This document shows, in pieces, positions 30,396 through 40,306 of a stretch of 64,000 nucleotides of DNA (its first letter is position 1; each line of letters opens with the position of its first letter). The notes beneath the pieces are model-generated. The model ran no database searches, had not been told where the DNA came from, and saw nothing but the letters and a program-made list of their open reading frames with translations. The stretch covers positions 63,493 to 127,492 of the forward strand of contig DYFC01000032.1 in the NCBI GenBank assembly GCA_020725385.1, written 5' to 3'. The stretch is from Nitrospira japonica. GTDB lineage: Bacteria; Nitrospirota; Thermodesulfovibrionia; Thermodesulfovibrionales; SM23-35. Position numbers and translations under genes: made by a program.

Positions 30396-32988
30396 TTCTT
30401 TTTACGAATTCTTCTTCATCCATGCGTGTTTTTAATTTACCCTTAAGTTTTTCTTCTAACAATTGATTCAATATTTTTGAGTATATAGGACCTGGTTTTA
30501 TCCCCAAGTTTTTCAGGTCATTGCCATTTAAAATTGTTTTAATATTTCTTAATTCTGTAAGATATCTTGAAATAATTTTTTGCTTTTTTCTATCTCTACA
30601 AATTGCCATAAGATATAATATGATTTCTATGCTTAGATGTTTAAAGCAATTATAAATTTCAACAGGGTCATCGGAAGGGAATTTCTTCAAAATTTCTCTT
30701 GCATTGTTAATGCCTTTAATTATTAACTCCTTTATTTTTGAAGGTGGAGAAAGTCTCTCGATAGACGCTTCCAATTCTTCATTTGTAAGTCTTGAAAGCA
30801 AAACCATTAAATATAGCAAACTACTATCAGGTTTTTCATCAAGAAAAAGAAGTTTGAACCATGCTAAAGTTTCCTGAAGGGACTTTAACAGAGCTTCAAG
30901 TTCTTCATTGAATATTAGACGATTATGTATAACTTTCAAAAGCCCGTAGTCAGAGAGTTTCTTCAAAGTATTCACAGGTTCGGTCTCTTTAAAAGAAAGC
31001 AAAAGTTCTTCATAAATTCTTGGACCTGAAAGCATATTGAAAAGATTCATCTCAAGAGCAGACTTAATCAGGTTTTCGGTATGCTTACTAATTTTGAAAC
31101 CAAATCTTTGTGCAAATCTCACAGCTCTAAAAGCCCTTGTTGGATCCTCAATAAAACTCAGGTTATGTAGCACACGAATAGTTTTTTCTCTTAGATCTCT
31201 CTGACCACCAAAAAAATCTATTAATATCCCGAAATCTTTTGAATTAAGTTTAATGGCAAGCGTATTGATAGTAAAGTCTCTTCTATATAGATCTTTTTTT
31301 ATTGAAGATGTTTCGACTTTTGGGAGTGCTGCGGGTGATTCATAATACTCGGTTCTTGCAGTAGCGACATCAAGTTTAAGCGCACTTGTGAATACCTGAG
31401 CGGTTCCGAATTTTTCATGCGTTCTAACTTTTGCTCCGAGAATTTCACCAAGTTTTTTTGCAAAAGCTATACCATCACCTTCAATAACAATATCAATATC
31501 GAGATTTTCTTCTCCCCTGAGCATGTCCCTGACCGAGCCTCCAACAAGATAGGCATTATAACGCAATTCATCGGCAACCTGTCCCGATAGTTTTAATAAA
31601 TTATATATTTCTGACGGAAATTTTTCTTTTAACCATGAAGATAAATTCCTGCCCATAGTTGGCTTCTCTTTAGTAATCGTTTCCTCTATTTTCCTCCTCC
31701 TTAGAAATTCTTCGTAAAGAGTCCGAAGAAGATCGGTTCTTGTTATAGCACCTACAATTTTTTCTTTTTCTATAACAGGCATAAATCTCTGGTTCTGTTC
31801 AATCATTAGTGTTTCAATTTCTCTAATTGGAGTTCCGGGCTCCACTGTCATTGCATCTGTTGTTGAAAAATCAATGGCTTTGCTTTTTCCAAAACCATGA
31901 AATAATGCTTTTTCGACTATTTCACGCGCGATAAGGCCGGTATACTTACCTTCCTTAAGTATAGGAAGAACATTAACTCCATATCTTGTCATTACAGACT
32001 CTGCTTCTTTAATAGTCATATCATAAGGGATAGTTATGACAGGTCTTGTCATTATATCAGAAGCAACTTTTCCTGGTTGAACAGAAGCATTTAGAATATT
32101 TAGTATGCGTTCTTCAATAATCTCAAGAGAGGCTTCTTTAATGGTTGCAGATGCAGCGGTCGGGTGACCGCCTCCGCCAAATTCTGCCATAATAGAAGCC
32201 ACATTCAATTCCGGTACCCTGCTTCTTCCGACAACAAGAATTTTGCCTTCCATACTTAGAATAACGATTACTGCATCAATATCTTCCATATCCATTATCC
32301 TGTGTGCAAGATGGGCTGCATCACCTATGTAAAATTCCCTTGCTGCTTTTGCTATTTTTATTCTGATTCCTTTTATCACAATATCCTTTGATGACTGTAA
32401 AAGTTCATTCAATATATCAAGTTCTTCGGTGCTTAATTCCATCTTTAAAAAATTCGCGGCTATATTTAAATTTGCCCCTCTTTTAAGAAGATAAGCTGCG
32501 GCAAGCATGTCACGTTCTGTTGTTGAAGGAAATAACATACAGCCTGTTTCTTCATATATTCCCATAACAAGTATTGTTGCTTCCATAGGTGTAGGGTGAA
32601 GCCTTTTGTTTTTTAATATTTCAGTGAAAATTGTAGCTGTCGCTCCAACAAGTTCAATCTTTTCAAGTTCACCCCTTATATCCCCTTTTGCAAATGGATG
32701 ATGGTCATAAATATGAATTTTTATTTTTTTATTTTGAATCAATTCCGCAAAAGGACCTATTCTAGAAGGTGTTTTTGTATCAACAAGTATAAGCCGGGTT
32801 ATTTTTGAAGCATCAATATCTTTTATCCTTTTTATCTGAACAGGCTGAAAAGCTTCAAGGAAATCCCTGAGTTTCTTTTCCTGAGAGCCAGGAAAAACAA
32901 TCTCAGCGTCAGGATAAATTTTTTTTGCTGCAACCATTGATGCCAAAGCATCAAAGTCAGCATTCATATGTGAAGTTATAATATCCAA
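30382..32988 (-). CDS. DHH-CBS-fused tRNA nucleotidyltransferase (A-adding type)
   Basis: DHH phosphoesterase (HMNADFD, DHH, GGGH), CBS pair, VGGSVRD..DIDI, EYYESPAALP, RRDFTIN and EDPTR motifs. Confidence 0.9.
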   Translation of the reverse strand: MDIITSHMNADFDALASMVAAKKIYPDAEIVFPGSQEKKLRDFLEAFQPVQIKRIKDIDASKITRLILVDTKTPSRIGPFAELIQNKKIKIHIYDHHPFAKGDIRGELEKIELVGATATIFTEILKNKRLHPTPMEATILVMGIYEETGCMLFPSTTERDMLAAAYLLKRGANLNIAANFLKMELSTEELDILNELLQSSKDIVIKGIRIKIAKAAREFYIGDAAHLAHRIMDMEDIDAVIVILSMEGKILVVGRSRVPELNVASIMAEFGGGGHPTAASATIKEASLEIIEERILNILNASVQPGKVASDIMTRPVITIPYDMTIKEAESVMTRYGVNVLPILKEGKYTGLIAREIVEKALFHGFGKSKAIDFSTTDAMTVEPGTPIREIETLMIEQNQRFMPVIEKEKIVGAITRTDLLRTLYEEFLRRRKIEETITKEKPTMGRNLSSWLKEKFPSEIYNLLKLSGQVADELRYNAYLVGGSVRDMLRGEENLDIDIVIEGDGIAFAKKLGEILGAKVRTHEKFGTAQVFTSALKLDVATARTEYYESPAALPKVETSSIKKDLYRRDFTINTLAIKLNSKDFGILIDFFGGQRDLREKTIRVLHNLSFIEDPTRAFRAVRFAQRFGFKISKHTENLIKSALEMNLFNMLSGPRIYEELLLSFKETEPVNTLKKLSDYGLLKVIHNRLIFNEELEALLKSLQETLAWFKLLFLDEKPDSSLLYLMVLLSRLTNEELEASIERLSPPSKIKELIIKGINNAREILKKFPSDDPVEIYNCFKHLSIEIILYLMAICRDRKKQKIISRYLTELRNIKTILNGNDLKNLGIKPGPIYSKILNQLLEEKLKGKLKTRMDEEEFVKRIIQE

Positions 32989-32989
32989 T

Positions 32990-34399
32990 TCAGGAAGGTT
33001 TTATAACTACTCTGTCCCGGCCTTCATTCTTGGCAGCAAACATCGCATTGTCAGCTATATTAATAAGATCATCGTAATTTCTAACTTTTTTATTAGTGCT
33101 ACAGGCTATCCCGATGCTTACAGTAATATTTATCTTTTTCTTTAATGCATCAAAACGGTGATTCCTTACGATATTTCTGAGTCTCTCAGCCTCAATAAAA
33201 GCTCCTTTTTCATTTGTCTGGGGTAAAAGTAGAATGAATTCTTCACCGCCATATCTCGCAAATATATCAGACCTTCTTGTATGCATTTTCACAAGCTGGG
33301 CAAATTCCCGCAAAACAATATCGCCTACTCTATGCCCGAATGTATCATTTATTTTTTTAAAATAGTCTATATCAAACATCATGCAACTTAATGGTAAATG
33401 ATACCTTTCGGATCTACTGAATTCCTCTTCAATTCTATTATAAAAATATCTGATATTATATATTCCTGTTAAATAATCTGTAATTGCAAATCTTTCGAGT
33501 TTCGATTTCTCAAGATTAAGATTTTCATAAAGAAAAGCATTATAAAGTGGGTTTGCAGAAGCATTTGCGAGTGCAAGACACATTTTTATTTCTTTATCGG
33601 TGAAAGTATGTTTTTTCCTTGAAGTTCTTAGAAGAAGGGTACCAATTATTTCATCATAAAAAATTACAGGAATTACAACTATTGAGCGGATACCTACAGT
33701 TTTTATAATATCCTGCACTTCTTTCATTAAAGGATCTTTTGATGCATCTTTTACAACGATCATCTCCCTTGAATTAAGAACCTTTCTTATCTCAGGATAT
33801 TTTCTTAAATCAATTCTTATATTGGTGATTTTTGGATCTTCATAAGTAGAGATAACATCGGCATATTGAGGATCGGATGAATTAATACTTAGAATTGAAC
33901 ATCTATCAACTTTTATAATCTCGGCAAGTTTCCTTACAATTAAATATAAAACCTCACGCGGGTCGAGCGTGGATGAAAATAAAGTTGCAAGTTCAACTAC
34001 TGCATGATGATTTTTACCGCATTCATAAAGACTCTCAATCCATTTTTTACCTGTGGTAACAACCTTAAGTTTGCTATTTAAATCATCTTTATGGAAGGGG
34101 CTTATAAGATAACATTCAGCATCGGATTTAACTACTTTATGAATACCCTGTGTTATATTTTTTGAAATTAAAGCCAGAATAGGAACTGATAATGGCATTG
34201 AATCCAGATCATCTAATCCATCAGGACTATCTGTCAAAATAGCATCTATTTTTTTTGTGGAAGATAACTCTCTCTTTAATGAGGTCGAGCTTTTAATAAA
34301 TTTTGCTTTATAGTCCTGATTGTTTTTAAAGAAAGATTTTAAAAATGTATTTACTTCTTTATCATTGCTGTATATTAAAACTTCTTTTTTATTTCCCAT
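32990..34399 (-). CDS. Diguanylate cyclase (degenerate REC-like + GAF + GGDEF)
   Basis: TDYLTG, DIDYFK.INDTFGH, RRSD I-site five residues before GGEEF, AKNEGR. Confidence 0.9.
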   Translation of the reverse strand: MGNKKEVLIYSNDKEVNTFLKSFFKNNQDYKAKFIKSSTSLKRELSSTKKIDAILTDSPDGLDDLDSMPLSVPILALISKNITQGIHKVVKSDAECYLISPFHKDDLNSKLKVVTTGKKWIESLYECGKNHHAVVELATLFSSTLDPREVLYLIVRKLAEIIKVDRCSILSINSSDPQYADVISTYEDPKITNIRIDLRKYPEIRKVLNSREMIVVKDASKDPLMKEVQDIIKTVGIRSIVVIPVIFYDEIIGTLLLRTSRKKHTFTDKEIKMCLALANASANPLYNAFLYENLNLEKSKLERFAITDYLTGIYNIRYFYNRIEEEFSRSERYHLPLSCMMFDIDYFKKINDTFGHRVGDIVLREFAQLVKMHTRRSDIFARYGGEEFILLLPQTNEKGAFIEAERLRNIVRNHRFDALKKKINITVSIGIACSTNKKVRNYDDLINIADNAMFAAKNEGRDRVVIKPS

Positions 34400-34442
34400 G
34401 TTTAAATTATTGCAAAAAATATGATTATTGTCTAATAAAAAA

Positions 34443-36167
34443 TTATTTTTTTCTCTTTATATTCAGAATTTTTATAAGATTTTGGTAATTCATTGTATTA
34501 ATCACATGCTTTTTTTCGAGCCAGCCGCGCCTTGCGATAGATACTCCGTAAGCCATAAATTTAAATTGACTTAACATATGGGTATCTGTACTAATAACAA
34601 TCGGGATACCTGTTAATGCAGCTTTTTTAGCATAAATATCATTAAGATCAAGCCTGAGCGGATATGCATTAATTTCAAGAATAGTATTGGTTCTATAAGC
34701 TGTTTCAATTATCTTGTCCATATCAATATCATAAGGGTCTCTTTCACCTATAAGTCTTCCCGTTGGATGTGCGATAACAGAAACATAGGGATTTTTCATC
34801 GCAGAAATAATCCTCTGTGTAAGTTGTTCTCTGCCCTGCTTGAATCCAGAATGGATTGAAGCTATGACTATATCAAGCTGCTTAAGAATATCATCGGAAA
34901 AATCCAGATGACCATCAATTCTTATATCAACTTCAATACCCGATAATATCCTGAATCCCTTAAGTCTCTTATTTAGCGCATCGATCTCTTTCTTTTCTTC
35001 GATGACTTTTTCTTCGTTTAAACCTCCTGCGATTCCAAGCCCTTTTGAGTGATCTGTTATTGCTATATATTCATAACCAAGTTCTCTGGCAGCGTTTATT
35101 AGCTCATCGTAATCATGACTACCGTCACTTCTCTTTGTATGAACATGCAGGTCCCCTCTAATATCTTTAAGTTCAATTAATACGGGGAGCTTTCCATTTA
35201 AAGCTGCTTCAATCTCTCCTGTATCTTCTCTCAATTCCGGGGGAATATATGGTAGACCTAATATTTTATAAATGTCCTCTTCTTTTTCGCCTCCAAGTTT
35301 TTTATCATCTTTTTCCCTGAAAATCCCGTATTCATTTATCTTCAATCCTGTTTTAACAGCCATCTCTCGAAGTCTGATATTGTGTTCTTTACTACCTGTA
35401 AAATAAGCGAGTGCAGCACCGTAACTCTCTTCTTGAACTACCCTTAAATCAACCTGAATGCCTTCGTGAATTATTATGCTTGATTTTGTAGGACCGTGCA
35501 TCAGTACTTCTTTTACATTTGGCAGATGAATAAAAGCATTCATGACAGATTTAGGGTCATTTGAAGTCGCAAGAATGTCTATATCTTTGATAGTGTCTTT
35601 CCAGCGTCTAAGACTACCGGCGAGGCTTAGCTTATTAACAGGACTGTGTTTTCTAATATAATTAAGAATTTCTTCAGCAATCGGAAGAACTTTACCCAAT
35701 GGTTTTCTCTCTATACCCCTTTTTAACATCTCTATACCTTTTATTATATTTTCTTCTGTCTTTTCTTTTATTCCGGGGAGCCCGGTTAATTTATGTTGAC
35801 GGGCATAATTTTCAAGATCATCTATATTTTTTACATTCAATTTTTCATAAAGCAATTTTGCGGTTTTCGGGCCAAGCCCCGGAACTTTCAATAATGCGCT
35901 AAGACCTTCAGGGATTTCTTTTTTAATATCTTCATACGCCTGAATCCTGCCTGTATTAACATATTCTTCTATTTTCCCCGCAAGATCCTGGCCGATTCCG
36001 GGTATTTTGAGTAATTCTTCTTTTGAAGTTTCTGCTACATCTTTTGATAGACTCTCAAGCGCAAGAGCTGCCCTTTTATATGCTCTTATTCTGAAAGGAT
36101 TGTCACCTTTAATTTCAAGAATATCAGCAATATCATTAAATATTGAAGCAATTTCTTTGTTCTTCAT
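34443..36167 (-). CDS. polX: DNA polymerase/3'-5' exonuclease PolX
   Basis: GSLRR, DIDIL, VDLR, YFTGSK, IPPELRE; PHP domain DLHVHT, ITDHS and STDTH. Confidence 0.95.
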   Translation of the reverse strand: MKNKEIASIFNDIADILEIKGDNPFRIRAYKRAALALESLSKDVAETSKEELLKIPGIGQDLAGKIEEYVNTGRIQAYEDIKKEIPEGLSALLKVPGLGPKTAKLLYEKLNVKNIDDLENYARQHKLTGLPGIKEKTEENIIKGIEMLKRGIERKPLGKVLPIAEEILNYIRKHSPVNKLSLAGSLRRWKDTIKDIDILATSNDPKSVMNAFIHLPNVKEVLMHGPTKSSIIIHEGIQVDLRVVQEESYGAALAYFTGSKEHNIRLREMAVKTGLKINEYGIFREKDDKKLGGEKEEDIYKILGLPYIPPELREDTGEIEAALNGKLPVLIELKDIRGDLHVHTKRSDGSHDYDELINAARELGYEYIAITDHSKGLGIAGGLNEEKVIEEKKEIDALNKRLKGFRILSGIEVDIRIDGHLDFSDDILKQLDIVIASIHSGFKQGREQLTQRIISAMKNPYVSVIAHPTGRLIGERDPYDIDMDKIIETAYRTNTILEINAYPLRLDLNDIYAKKAALTGIPIVISTDTHMLSQFKFMAYGVSIARRGWLEKKHVINTMNYQNLIKILNIKRKK

Positions 36168-36175
36168 CTTTTAAA

Positions 36176-38164
36176 TTATTTTTCGGTAAATCTTACGGCT
36201 TCGCTATCCCTACACTCAATTAATATATTTGCTTCTTTTTCAATTAAAGGTTTGATTTCATAAATTCCTACAGGTTTTTCTTTCCCTTTCACTATAACCT
36301 TTTCGAGTCCCTTTACTTCAACATGTCCGATTCTTCCATTTTTAAGGCTATCTTTAATTAATTCAAAAGTATATTCTGTAATAAGTATATTAGCATTATA
36401 TTTTCTTGTTAATGCTTCAACTCTTGAAGCAAGATTTACATTATCTCCAATTACAGTATAATCCATTTTTCTTCCTTCAGCCCCTATATTTCCAACGAGC
36501 ACCTCTCCAGAGTTAATTCCAATACCTGCATCAAGCATTGGTTTGCCTTCTGCTTTCCATCTTTCTTGAAGCTCATGCAATTTATTAAGCATATGCAATG
36601 TGCATTTCACAGCTAGTTCTGCATGATTATCCTGCTTTAATGGCGCTCCCCAAAAAGCCATTATTGCATCGCCCATAAATTTATCAACGGTTCCTTCCCA
36701 TTTAAATATTATATCTGTCATAGTACCAAGATATTCATTCAATATTGAGACAACCTCTTCCGGAGAATGACTCTCTGAAAAAGATGTAAAACCTCTTACA
36801 TCGGAAAAAAGGATTGTTACTTCTTTTCTCTCTCCACCGAGTTTCGCCATGCCTGGATTTCTTATCAATTCTTTGACAACCCGCTCTGTTACATAGCTTG
36901 AAAACATTGACCTCATTTTACGCGCATATGTCTCTTCAACAGCATGACTATAAGCTGTGCCAGAGGCAAACATAAGCAAAGTGGCTATCGAAGGATAAAC
37001 AACATAAATCCATATTCCTCCGTAAGAAAAAACAAGATATGCAATAAACAAAAGAAAAAATACTATTAAAGTTGCTATCACAAAGGATATTACAGCTTTG
37101 AGCCTTCCAACAATAAAAGACACAAGCATTACAGAAGCAAATAGTATAAAAAGATTTGTAATTAAAGAACTTTTTATTAAATATCTACTTTCAAGTATAG
37201 ATGAAATTACATTTGCATGTTTTTCAACACCAGGCATTGCAGGTGAAAAAGGAGTAACCCTTAGGTCATAAATACCCATTGCTGTTGCGCCAATAAGTAC
37301 AATTTTGCCTTGCAATTCATTAGCTCCAATTTTTCCTTCAATAATATCCGAGATTGAATAATGCTTAAAAGTAAAGGAAGGCCCGTAATAGTAAATCAAA
37401 CTTCTTCCGTATTTATCTGTAGGAACATATCTTTTCTTACTTAAATAAATACCTTTTGTTGCTTCCACGACAACTTTTTCGTATGGTATTCCAAGATAGA
37501 TTGAAGCTGTTAATAAATCAAGTGAAGGATATAAATAACCTTTATGTTCTATAAGCATTGTTTCCCATCTCAATGTCCCGTCATTTTTGTCAGGTATCAT
37601 ATTAATGTGACCTATTGCCATTGATTCTTTCATTAAAACAAGCACAGGTGCAAGAACTCCTGTTGAACTGAGGGGAGAATATTTATTGAATTTTTCAGGA
37701 TTTAAAATGGATTTAATAGCTGCGTATGTGATATGTTCGTTTTCTCTTGATGTCTGAGTTTTATCAAATGAAAAAACAAGCGGAAGCAATACATTACCTG
37801 CATCTTTTACAGCTTTTGCAAGCAGAGGGTCGTTTTTTTCAGATTCAGGCATAAAGATATCGAAAACGATAAGCTCTGCTCCGGTCTCAGTAAGTTTATT
37901 AAGCAAAGATGCTATTCTGTCTCTACCCCATGGCCATCTTCCAAGTTTTTCAATACTTCTTTCATCAATTGCAGCTATTACGATATTTTCAGGAGCTTTT
38001 GTCTTACCCATCAGACGGAACCTTACATCATACATTTTATCTTCAAGTATCTCGATGGGAGTGAATTCTATTATCATCAAGGTAGAAAAAATTACGGTGA
38101 TAAAAAAACCAATTAGAAAAATGACCCTGTTTTTCTTAGACCTATCAAGCTGTATAGCAGGCAT
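36176..38164 (-). CDS. CHASE2-domain membrane adenylate cyclase (class III)
   Basis: IDERSI..LGRWPW, MPGVEKHA, three TMs, FSDVRGFT, DKFMGD and DYTVIGDNVNLASR (K/D pair typical of ATP specificity). Confidence 0.92.
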   Translation of the reverse strand: MPAIQLDRSKKNRVIFLIGFFITVIFSTLMIIEFTPIEILEDKMYDVRFRLMGKTKAPENIVIAAIDERSIEKLGRWPWGRDRIASLLNKLTETGAELIVFDIFMPESEKNDPLLAKAVKDAGNVLLPLVFSFDKTQTSRENEHITYAAIKSILNPEKFNKYSPLSSTGVLAPVLVLMKESMAIGHINMIPDKNDGTLRWETMLIEHKGYLYPSLDLLTASIYLGIPYEKVVVEATKGIYLSKKRYVPTDKYGRSLIYYYGPSFTFKHYSISDIIEGKIGANELQGKIVLIGATAMGIYDLRVTPFSPAMPGVEKHANVISSILESRYLIKSSLITNLFILFASVMLVSFIVGRLKAVISFVIATLIVFFLLFIAYLVFSYGGIWIYVVYPSIATLLMFASGTAYSHAVEETYARKMRSMFSSYVTERVVKELIRNPGMAKLGGERKEVTILFSDVRGFTSFSESHSPEEVVSILNEYLGTMTDIIFKWEGTVDKFMGDAIMAFWGAPLKQDNHAELAVKCTLHMLNKLHELQERWKAEGKPMLDAGIGINSGEVLVGNIGAEGRKMDYTVIGDNVNLASRVEALTRKYNANILITEYTFELIKDSLKNGRIGHVEVKGLEKVIVKGKEKPVGIYEIKPLIEKEANILIECRDSEAVRFTEK

Positions 38165-38336
38165 ATAAATCCCTTTTCAATTAAAAATATATCATTATCA
38201 TAGCATTATTATAAATAGAGTTGTATTTGTTGACACCGGAAAATACAGAAATTAACCTTTTCAAGATGCAAGATATAAAAGACAACAGACTACGAACATC
38301 AGAACAAATTCGAAGTATACATTTTTCAGAATAATA

Positions 38337-38345
38337 TGTTATAAT
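38337..38345 (+). promoter_or_regulatory. Extended -10 promoter of the cold-shock gene
   Basis: TG-T-TATAAT at 38337-38345, about 118 nt upstream of the ATG. Confidence 0.6.
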
Positions 38346-38351
38346 TTTTTA

Positions 38352-38437
38352 GAGTTTTGGAAGTTTTTATGTCCACACAAGGTCACAAAGACTTTTAGCT
38401 TTGTGGCTTTTTTTATTACCTGTACTTCCGAAAATTC
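38352..38437 (+). promoter_or_regulatory. Structured 5' leader of csp with an internal terminator-like hairpin
   Basis: Inner stem AAGGTCACAAAG/CTTTGTGGCTTT (38379-38410) plus U-run; outer stem 38352-38364 pairs with 38424-38437. Confidence 0.55.
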
Positions 38438-38463
38438 AATTTTTTAAATAAGGAGGTACAAAA

Positions 38464-38664
38464 ATGAGCAAAGGAACAGTAAAATGGTTCAATGAATCAA
38501 AAGGCTTCGGTTTTATAACAAGCGAAGACGGGAAAGATGTTTTTGTCCATTACTCTTCAATTCAGGGTAATGGTTTTAAATCCCTTGCAGAAGGCGACCA
38601 TGTAAGTTTTGATACTGAAAAAGGTCCAAAGGGTCCAAAAGCAATCAATGTTGTAAAACAATAA
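38464..38664 (+). CDS. Cold-shock protein (CspA family)
   Basis: GTVKWFN, KGFGFI and DVFVH (RNP1/RNP2); strong AAGGAGG SD. Confidence 0.97.
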   Translation: MSKGTVKWFNESKGFGFITSEDGKDVFVHYSSIQGNGFKSLAEGDHVSFDTEKGPKGPKAINVVKQ

Positions 38665-38672
38665 AAAAACCA

Positions 38673-38709
38673 AAACCCCCTGACTTTTATTCTCAGGGGG
38701 TTTATTTTT
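38673..38709 (+). terminator. Intrinsic terminator after csp
   Basis: AAACCCCCTGA...TCAGGGGGTTT followed by ATTTTT. Confidence 0.8.
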
Positions 38710-38725
38710 CAAAAAGGGGAGTTAA

Positions 38726-39100
38726 ATGTTAAATAAAAAGAAGCTTGCTGAACGGGATGAAAGAAAACGGTGTGAACTTGATACAGAACTTCTATCTTCT
38801 AAATATCCTGATATAGAATCTATTGTAATTACTATGGATTATTATCATAAGGGATACAAGGATTTGATGATGAAACGTACTGTAAATTTTTCTCCTGAAA
38901 GCCATGCTTATTTTCATATGGAGTGCATGAAAAATGACTGCCTTGAAGGCGGCTTTAATCTCACGCCTGTTATCTCATCTATGGTTAAAAGAAACATTAC
39001 ATCAGAAAAAGGAGAAATAAACTGTCAGGGTAATAATTTATCCGAACACGCCCGTATAATCTTTAAAATATCTATAAAGTATAATAGAAAAACTTCTTGA
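38726..39100 (+). CDS. Hypothetical 124-aa protein with Cys/His cluster (possible metal binding)
   Basis: ORF with GGGGAG SD; contains C-x4-C (ECMKNDCLEGGF) and a later C..H. No family recognised. Confidence 0.65.
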   Translation: MLNKKKLAERDERKRCELDTELLSSKYPDIESIVITMDYYHKGYKDLMMKRTVNFSPESHAYFHMECMKNDCLEGGFNLTPVISSMVKRNITSEKGEINCQGNNLSEHARIIFKISIKYNRKTS

Positions 39101-39366
39101 TGCTATTATGCTCATTTAAATGGGTTGTAAAAAAAGTATTTTCCTGCATCGATAACGTCGAAAAATAAATTTTCTCGAAATATCTACTTTATTCTAAATA
39201 CATTTTTGGGTTAACAGATAGGTGGTATAAATTTATTTTGAGCAATATCTGTATTTTTTGAGCCAACCTTTTTAGATTCTTTTCGAAACTTGTTAGCTTG
39301 ATAATCTTGTTATGATTATTTTTGGAGATTATTTATATATATATTAAGGTATAATATAAATGATAT

Positions 39367-40242
39367 ATGTACAATTTCGTAAACAAAAAAACTTCAACTT
39401 TTATCAATTTCATTCTCGGTCTGGTCCTATTGCTTTCAATTCTTGTTTTTATAAGAGACATAATCACATATAAATTTGAAAACAAAAAGAGGTCAAAAGA
39501 AAATATCTCTAATTTAAATCAACAGCCTTTTTCACCAGTTACAACTCAATTTATCGAATATGCTCCTTTAATGAAAAATAATATCTTCGGAATACAATCA
39601 GGAGAGCTAAAACAACTAACAGCTTCAGCAACACCTGTTATTCGACAGACAAATTTTACATTGATTGGTACTGTGTCAGGTCCCAAAGAGCTTAGTTATG
39701 CAATATTTAAAAACAATTCAGGAATGCAGGAAATATTTAAAATAGGTGATTCAGTTTTTGGAGCAGGAAAGCTTTATAGTGTTAAAAAAGATAAAGTATT
39801 AATGCAAAGTAGCGAAGGGATAAAAGAAGTTCCGATTGAAGACATTGTAAAAGTCAGGGAAATAAAGCCGGCTCAAGCCGCGCAAACATTGGGAGTAACT
39901 GGTTTTACTCAAAAAGTCGGCAGAAGCTCTTATATAGTCGATCAGTCAAGGCTCCAGCAAATGATAGCAAGTCCAGCACAAATAATGACAGATGCAAGAC
40001 TTAAACCGAATTCCTCTAATGGCAAAGAAGAAGGTTTTATTCTAAGTGAAGTAAAAGCCGGTGGAATTTATCAAAGCCTCGGGCTTCAGGATGGAGATGT
40101 GCTTTTAAGAATTAATGAATATGATATATCAAATCCTGAGATGGCATTACAGGCGCTTACCGCACTTAAAGGGCTTGATAGGGTACAAATTGATTTAATC
40201 AGGGCAGGTTCAAGAATGACAATGAATTATCAAATTAAATAA
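39367..40242 (+). CDS. gspC: Type II secretion protein GspC (TM + HR + PDZ)
   Basis: N-terminal TM, LIGTV HR domain, PDZ with LGLQDGDVLLRIN; first gene of the gsp cluster. Confidence 0.88.
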   Translation: MYNFVNKKTSTFINFILGLVLLLSILVFIRDIITYKFENKKRSKENISNLNQQPFSPVTTQFIEYAPLMKNNIFGIQSGELKQLTASATPVIRQTNFTLIGTVSGPKELSYAIFKNNSGMQEIFKIGDSVFGAGKLYSVKKDKVLMQSSEGIKEVPIEDIVKVREIKPAQAAQTLGVTGFTQKVGRSSYIVDQSRLQQMIASPAQIMTDARLKPNSSNGKEEGFILSEVKAGGIYQSLGLQDGDVLLRINEYDISNPEMALQALTALKGLDRVQIDLIRAGSRMTMNYQIK

Positions 40243-40306
40243 AGTTATATTTGTATTATTTATAATGCTGACTTGAGATGTTGTTTGATGCTAAAATAGA
40301 CAAACT

